A stretch of 35,161 nt of DNA from a virus. A program made the position numbers and the translations under genes. The stretch is taken from the IMG/VR virus record IMGVR_UViG_3300045988_152413, one strand, 5' to 3'. The notes beneath the pieces are model-generated. The model saw only the letters and a program-made list of their open reading frames with translations. It had not been told where the DNA came from and searched no databases. The number at the start of each line of letters is the position of its first letter. Position 1 is the first letter of the stretch. Positions 31,709 through 35,161 of this stretch are shown piece by piece.

Positions 31709-31899
31709 GCTTACCGCGCTCCTTGCATTCCTCAATGGCATTGCGAATACTCGCGTAGCATTCATCGCAAGCGTCCATTGCATCGTTGCTTGTGATATAT
31801 CCGTATCTCTTCTCGTATTCAGCGGAAACGGCTACCACCTTGGAGGAGTTTGCCTTTGATTTCGGCTCCGCACATATCGCAAAACGTTTTCCTACTCAT
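31698..31899 (-). pseudogene. Mini zinc-ribbon gene apparently split between two frames
   Basis: MSRKTFCDMCGAEIKGK (its ATG overlaps the thyX stop) is in one frame. (SSK)VVAVSAEYEKRYGYITSNDAMDACDECYASIRNAIEECKERGKHER is in the +1 frame. The span is 202 nt. Confidence 0.35.
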
Positions 31900-32504
31900 C
31901 GCTGCTCCTCCTCGATCATGTGGATGATTTCCATCCATTCGCCGCCTAGCATGTAGAAAGACCGCATCATATCCTCCGCAAGCTCGCGTATCTCCCATTG
32001 CGCCGCCTTATCGCTTCTGGCTTTGTAGAAGCTCATGAACTCGCGCAGGTTCATCGTCACGATGATGTCGGTTTTGGTGGCTTCTGGGAGCACGTAGCGC
32101 GCGTCCTCTGGCTTCATTCCATCGTCTAAAAGCGACTTGTAATACTCCGCGCATCGCCACATCTCGCTCGCGTACTCTTCGAGCATTCGGTCATCGTCCC
32201 TGATCGATGGCGGGATCACGTACCAATCAGCGTCAGTGTTGACCACAACGTAACGCTGGCTCAGCTGGCAGAAGCTTGCCAGGCGGTGCCGCACGAGCTG
32301 GTGGCTGCACGCTCGGCTTATGCCCTCGATGCGCCATGTCACCGACACGTGCTCGAACACGCTCATATGTTCTCGCTTGAAGCAGCGCCTTGCCCTCTTA
32401 GCCTTGTCATCGTCGCTGCCGCCCCTGGCGGTCGATACGCCTGCAACCGAGCCGATCAGCTGCAACGGGAACTCCGTTGTCTTGGCTATGATTCCTGATA
32501 GCAT
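31896..32504 (-). CDS. thyX: FAD-dependent thymidylate synthase ThyX
   Basis: ThyX signature RHRLASFCQLSQRY (RHRxxSxxxxSxR). Confidence 0.9.
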   Translation of the reverse strand: MLSGIIAKTTEFPLQLIGSVAGVSTARGGSDDDKAKRARRCFKREHMSVFEHVSVTWRIEGISRACSHQLVRHRLASFCQLSQRYVVVNTDADWYVIPPSIRDDDRMLEEYASEMWRCAEYYKSLLDDGMKPEDARYVLPEATKTDIIVTMNLREFMSFYKARSDKAAQWEIRELAEDMMRSFYMLGGEWMEIIHMIEEEQR

Positions 32505-32527
32505 TCAGATTCCTTTCTATTCATCGG

Positions 32528-32878
32528 TTACGCCGCCAACTTCACGAAGTGGAAGCCGTAAGCCGTGCCGCCCGTCCTCATGCTGTTGCTTATCGCGGAA
32601 GCGACAACCGCCGCATCTTTCCCCAATCCGAGCGCGGCAAGCGCAGAGCCTGCCTGCTTGACCGTCTCGAACTCCATGCCAGTCTCAACGCAACGAACCC
32701 TCGTCTCGCGCTTCGAAGGCTTCAAAGGCTCAAGCTGGTGAAGCTTGCGCTTCGTCAGGTGCTTAGCAGGCTGCTCGGTTTCCTGCTCTTCCTCGACTTC
32801 CGGCTTCACTGGCTTCTGCTCGACCACCTGTAGAAAGCGTCCATAGCCGCCTGAGTTTTTGCAGTAGCAGACTGGCAT
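32528..32878 (-). CDS. Hypothetical protein with a NUMOD1/IENR-like C-terminal DNA-binding motif
   Basis: VRCVETGMEFETVKQAG...ISNSMRTGGTAYGFHF resembles homing-endonuclease-associated HTH modules (from memory). Start is the ATG at 32878. Confidence 0.45.
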   Translation of the reverse strand: MPVCYCKNSGGYGRFLQVVEQKPVKPEVEEEQETEQPAKHLTKRKLHQLEPLKPSKRETRVRCVETGMEFETVKQAGSALAALGLGKDAAVVASAISNSMRTGGTAYGFHFVKLAA

Positions 32879-32879
32879 G

Positions 32880-33317
32880 TTATTTCGCCCCCGATCCTGC
32901 CGAAACGCCCGTTGAGCCGTAGCCGCCACGGTCTGCGCATCCCATCGAATCGACCTCCTCGAACTCGATGTCCTCGGCGTATCTAACGGGCATGAACTGC
33001 GCGATTCGAGTTCCCTGCTCGATCACGGTGTCCCTGATCGCATAGGCAACGAACCCCCAAACATCGCCATCGCCGCTGTAGTCGTTCTCGATGATCCCAA
33101 CGCTGTTAGCCATCATGATCCCGTGCTTTAGGCACGTGGAGGATCGCGGCACCAGAACGCCCATGAAGCCGCTTGGAAGCTTCATCGACACGCCCAGGGG
33201 AATGATCCTCACCTCGCCTTTCCTCAACGTCACCGTCTCGCTTGCCGCCATGTCCCACATAGCGCCGTGGCGCTCTATCCTGCTCGCACCATCGTGGTAC
33301 TTGATCTTTGCCTTCAT
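32880..33317 (-). CDS. dut: dUTP diphosphatase (trimeric dUTPase)
   Basis: Motifs GIIENDYSGDGD, RIAQF and RGGYGSTG. ATG at 33317 follows AAAGGAAG. Confidence 0.9.
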   Translation of the reverse strand: MKAKIKYHDGASRIERHGAMWDMAASETVTLRKGEVRIIPLGVSMKLPSGFMGVLVPRSSTCLKHGIMMANSVGIIENDYSGDGDVWGFVAYAIRDTVIEQGTRIAQFMPVRYAEDIEFEEVDSMGCADRGGYGSTGVSAGSGAK

Positions 33318-33481
33318 CGGCTTCCTTTCTGCCTGCTCCTGCACTCCTTCGTGCAGTAGACGTTGTTCCTGCTTCGCTGCTCGAACTCCCTGCCGCATCC
33401 TCGGCACCTCACGCGCCGTGGGTTCTTGTTCCAATCGAACGGGGCGGCGTGTGGGAAGATGTTCGCGTTGTCGCTGATCAC
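33314..33481 (-). CDS. 55-aa zinc-ribbon protein
   Basis: The GTG start forms a GTGA overlap with the upstream stop. Reads ...RCRGCGREFEQRSRNNVYCTKECRSRQ. Its stop overlaps the dut ATG. Below the track cutoff. Confidence 0.55.
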   Translation of the reverse strand: MISDNANIFPHAAPFDWNKNPRRVRCRGCGREFEQRSRNNVYCTKECRSRQKGSR

Positions 33482-33687
33482 AGCGCATCAGTCCCGCACA
33501 TGTCCCATTGGCTGCTTTGCAGCTCGCTGCTCGAGAGCGGCATGTCGTTGAGCGTGCAGTAGCCTGTCTGCATGTTCGTCCCGCCAACGCACCATGCCCT
33601 AGCGGAATCGCAGTCGATGCAACGTAGCTTCTTCGCCCTCGCTATCCTCTCCCGCTCTTCCTCTTCTGCCTGCGCCGCTGGTGTCAT
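33478..33687 (-). CDS. 69-aa Cys-containing hypothetical protein
   Basis: GAGGAGG RBS, ATGA overlap with the rusA stop, CIDC motif. Confidence 0.55.
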   Translation of the reverse strand: MTPAAQAEEEERERIARAKKLRCIDCDSARAWCVGGTNMQTGYCTLNDMPLSSSELQSSQWDMCGTDAL

Positions 33688-34079
33688 CTCGCTACCTCCT
33701 CTATCTCTACCGCCACCATGTCGCTATCCCTGTGCGTTCGGTCGTGCTTCGTTGCCGTAAGGCTCACGACCTGCGAATCGTCCACGAACGCCAACCCGTT
33801 CATCGCATCGAGCACAGCCTTGGCGATGTTGTCTGCGTCTGGCTTGTACGTGTCGAACTCTCTGAGCAGCTTCTGAGGGCGGTTCTTGGGCATTCGGCGG
33901 TAGATGTCCACTTTCACCGAAACCGCGCCCTCTAGCGGTGCCACAGCGCCGCATTGAGCCTTGAACGCCGCAACCATCGCCCTCTTCTCGCGTTGGTTCT
34001 CCTTCGGGTCGTAGGATTGCCCGTTGCGCTTGATCCTCGGACGGCGCTTCGTGGGCGTGAAATCGATCTCGAACCTCAT
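33684..34079 (-). CDS. rusA: RusA-family Holliday junction resolvase
   Basis: KPDADNIAKAVLDAMNGLAFVDDSQV is the RusA signature. Confidence 0.9.
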   Translation of the reverse strand: MRFEIDFTPTKRRPRIKRNGQSYDPKENQREKRAMVAAFKAQCGAVAPLEGAVSVKVDIYRRMPKNRPQKLLREFDTYKPDADNIAKAVLDAMNGLAFVDDSQVVSLTATKHDRTHRDSDMVAVEIEEVAR

Positions 34080-34759
34080 TGGCGGCTCCTTCGGTCAGCG
34101 CCCGTGAAGCTCACGCTCTTCATCAGGGCGAGCCTTGACTGCATAGCCTTGGCAGTCTCCACTCCGTACAGATCGCCGAACTGCTCGCTCCTGATGTCTG
34201 GCGTTAGCTGCGTGGTGACGATCGTGGGTCGCTCGCACCGCCTGGCATCGAGGATCGCCTTCACGGCTTGAATGCCCCTCGGCTCCTCGTTCCCGAGGTC
34301 ATCGATCACCAGGAAGTCAACGCCCTTGCAGCGGCTCAGCATCTCCTTGTCGCGGTTCCACGCCCACTCCGCTATCTGCTGCGAGGAGACGAACTTGATC
34401 CGGCACACTGGGGCGCAGGCAACAAGCGAAGCGCAGGCTGCGTAAGTCTTGCCGCGCCCAACCTTGCCGACAAGAAGCAGGTCGCTTGAGTGCCACGGCT
34501 GGGTTCGCTTGCCCTGGTGCCTTAGACGCTGGTTGTCGAGGAACCATGCGTAAACCTGCCGCGCGTTCGCGAGAACGGAAGGTGGGCAGCTCGCGATGTT
34601 TGCCCTCTCGAACTCGCGCGGTATTCCGCTCTCCCTGATGCGCTGCTCTGCCCTGATGCGCTGCTCGTCCTGCTCGATGCGCTCAACGTCATCGGAGTTG
34701 CGGGTGTAGAAGCCTTTGCAGCGTTCGATGCTGCTAAGAAGCGTAGCTTGCAAGCTCAT
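34076..34759 (-). CDS. DnaC/IstB-like AAA+ helicase loader
   Basis: Walker A GKVGRGKT, Walker B FLVIDDLG. Located downstream of the initiator. Confidence 0.85.
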   Translation of the reverse strand: MSLQATLLSSIERCKGFYTRNSDDVERIEQDEQRIRAEQRIRESGIPREFERANIASCPPSVLANARQVYAWFLDNQRLRHQGKRTQPWHSSDLLLVGKVGRGKTYAACASLVACAPVCRIKFVSSQQIAEWAWNRDKEMLSRCKGVDFLVIDDLGNEEPRGIQAVKAILDARRCERPTIVTTQLTPDIRSEQFGDLYGVETAKAMQSRLALMKSVSFTGADRRSRQ

Positions 34760-35161
34760 CGTCCATGACCTTCCTTCCTCTGATGCTCTTCGTTGGTTCC
34801 TTCATCTTCGAAGCGATTACGTAGCCTTCGAGCTTGTCGGGCGAGAACAGGGTGCCTGGGTTCAGGTTCTGCTGGAACTTGGTTCCCTCCCATTCCTTGC
34901 GCTTGAACCGAACCATCTCGCGCACGTCATCGACCGTGAACCTTCCCTCAAGGCTCGCGATGTACTCGCCGTTCGGGTTGCGCGTGAACTCGACTGGTGC
35001 CACGCCCCTAAGCTCCTCGTTCAAAGCCTTCAAACATTGAAGGGAAAACGATGGATTGGATTCTCTTTTCTTTTCTTGTCTTATCTTTTCTTGTCTTATC
35101 TTTTCTTTTCTTAGGTTCTGTAGGGGGGTTCCAGAGGGGGGTTCCAGAGGGGGGTTATTGA
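34734..35161 (-). CDS. Replisome-organizer-like initiator, C-terminal part (continuation of 1..394)
   Basis: The frame is open from the window end through the repeats into ORF 34734..35033. FTVDDVREMVRFKRKEWEGTKFQQNLNPGTLFSPDKLEGYV resembles the conserved phage replisome-organizer C-terminal domain (Phg_2220_C-like, from memory). Confidence 0.6.
   Translation of the reverse strand, partial: NNPPLEPPSGTPLQNLRKEKIRQEKIRQEKKRESNPSFSLQCLKALNEELRGVAPVEFTRNPNGEYIASLEGRFTVDDVREMVRFKRKEWEGTKFQQNLNPGTLFSPDKLEGYVIASKMKEPTKSIRGRKVMDDELASYAS
35061..35120. repeat. Polypyrimidine (+ strand) AT-rich tract with a 15-bp tandem repeat
   Basis: TTTTCTTGTCTTATC at 35071-35085 and again at 35086-35100, with degenerate copies on both sides. 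It directly abuts the iterons. Confidence 0.85.
35123..35161. repeat. 13-bp tandem iteron array, first three units
   Basis: Units at 35123-35135, 35136-35148 and 35149-35161. After removing the 21-nt duplicate the circular array has 9 units. Confidence 0.9.
35141..35161. repeat. Terminal direct repeat copy 2 (identical to 1..21)
   Basis: Same 21-mer as positions 1..21. Confidence 0.8.

Larger units (their letters stand above)
1..35161. mobile_element. Complete or near-complete temperate siphovirus-like phage genome (circular contig or excised prophage)
   Basis: Full canonical module set: lysogeny, early/recombination, replication, nucleotide metabolism, packaging, head, connector, tail, lysis. 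Integrase plus S24 repressor are present. First 21 nt equal last 21 nt. Confidence 0.85.

Noticed and set aside
1-35161. Diversity-generating retroelement, retron or other RT-based system near the tail fibre genes
   Set aside because: No reverse-transcriptase-like ORF (YxDD) was seen in any frame, and I noticed no template/variable repeat pair.

Overview
The window is essentially one temperate siphovirus-type dsDNA phage genome of about 35.1 kb. Its background looks like a high-GC Gram-positive host; that host call is inferred from the CHAP plus PG_binding endolysin, the strong AGGAGG-type RBSs and the codon bias. The first and last 21 nt are identical. A replication-initiator ORF is split across the window ends, so the contig looks circularly closed or permuted. 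Only a three-gene lysogeny module is on the + strand: cI-like repressor, an unknown 263-aa gene, and a tyrosine integrase. Everything else reads on the - strand. In transcription order that is: a cro-like early operon, DUF1351-like/RecT/SSB, the initiator with an embedded iteron array, a DnaC-like loader, RusA, dUTPase, ThyX, many tiny Cys-rich ORFs, Lar-like, a ParB-like remnant, a radical SAM gene, an AT-rich mini-regulatory island, terS/terL/portal/MuF, a two-gene cassette, scaffold/capsid, connectors, tail/TMP/baseplate/fibres, holin/endolysin and an attP-type spacer. Genes are very often joined by ATGA/GTGA/TAATG overlaps. The points most worth a second look:
1. A MuF-coupled two-gene cassette, followed by a 370-bp structured spacer.
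2. The unknown lysogeny-module gene between cI and int.
3. Two near-identical extended -10 promoters that drive an RHH protein and a 47-aa ORF just upstream of terS.
4. The iteron origin inside the initiator gene.
5. At least four single-nucleotide frame breaks at short homopolymers. All fall in the early-region accessory genes and none in the roughly 20 kb of structural genes.

No rRNA, tRNA, CRISPR array or reverse transcriptase was seen. All domain calls come from reading motifs by eye and from memory; none is a database search.
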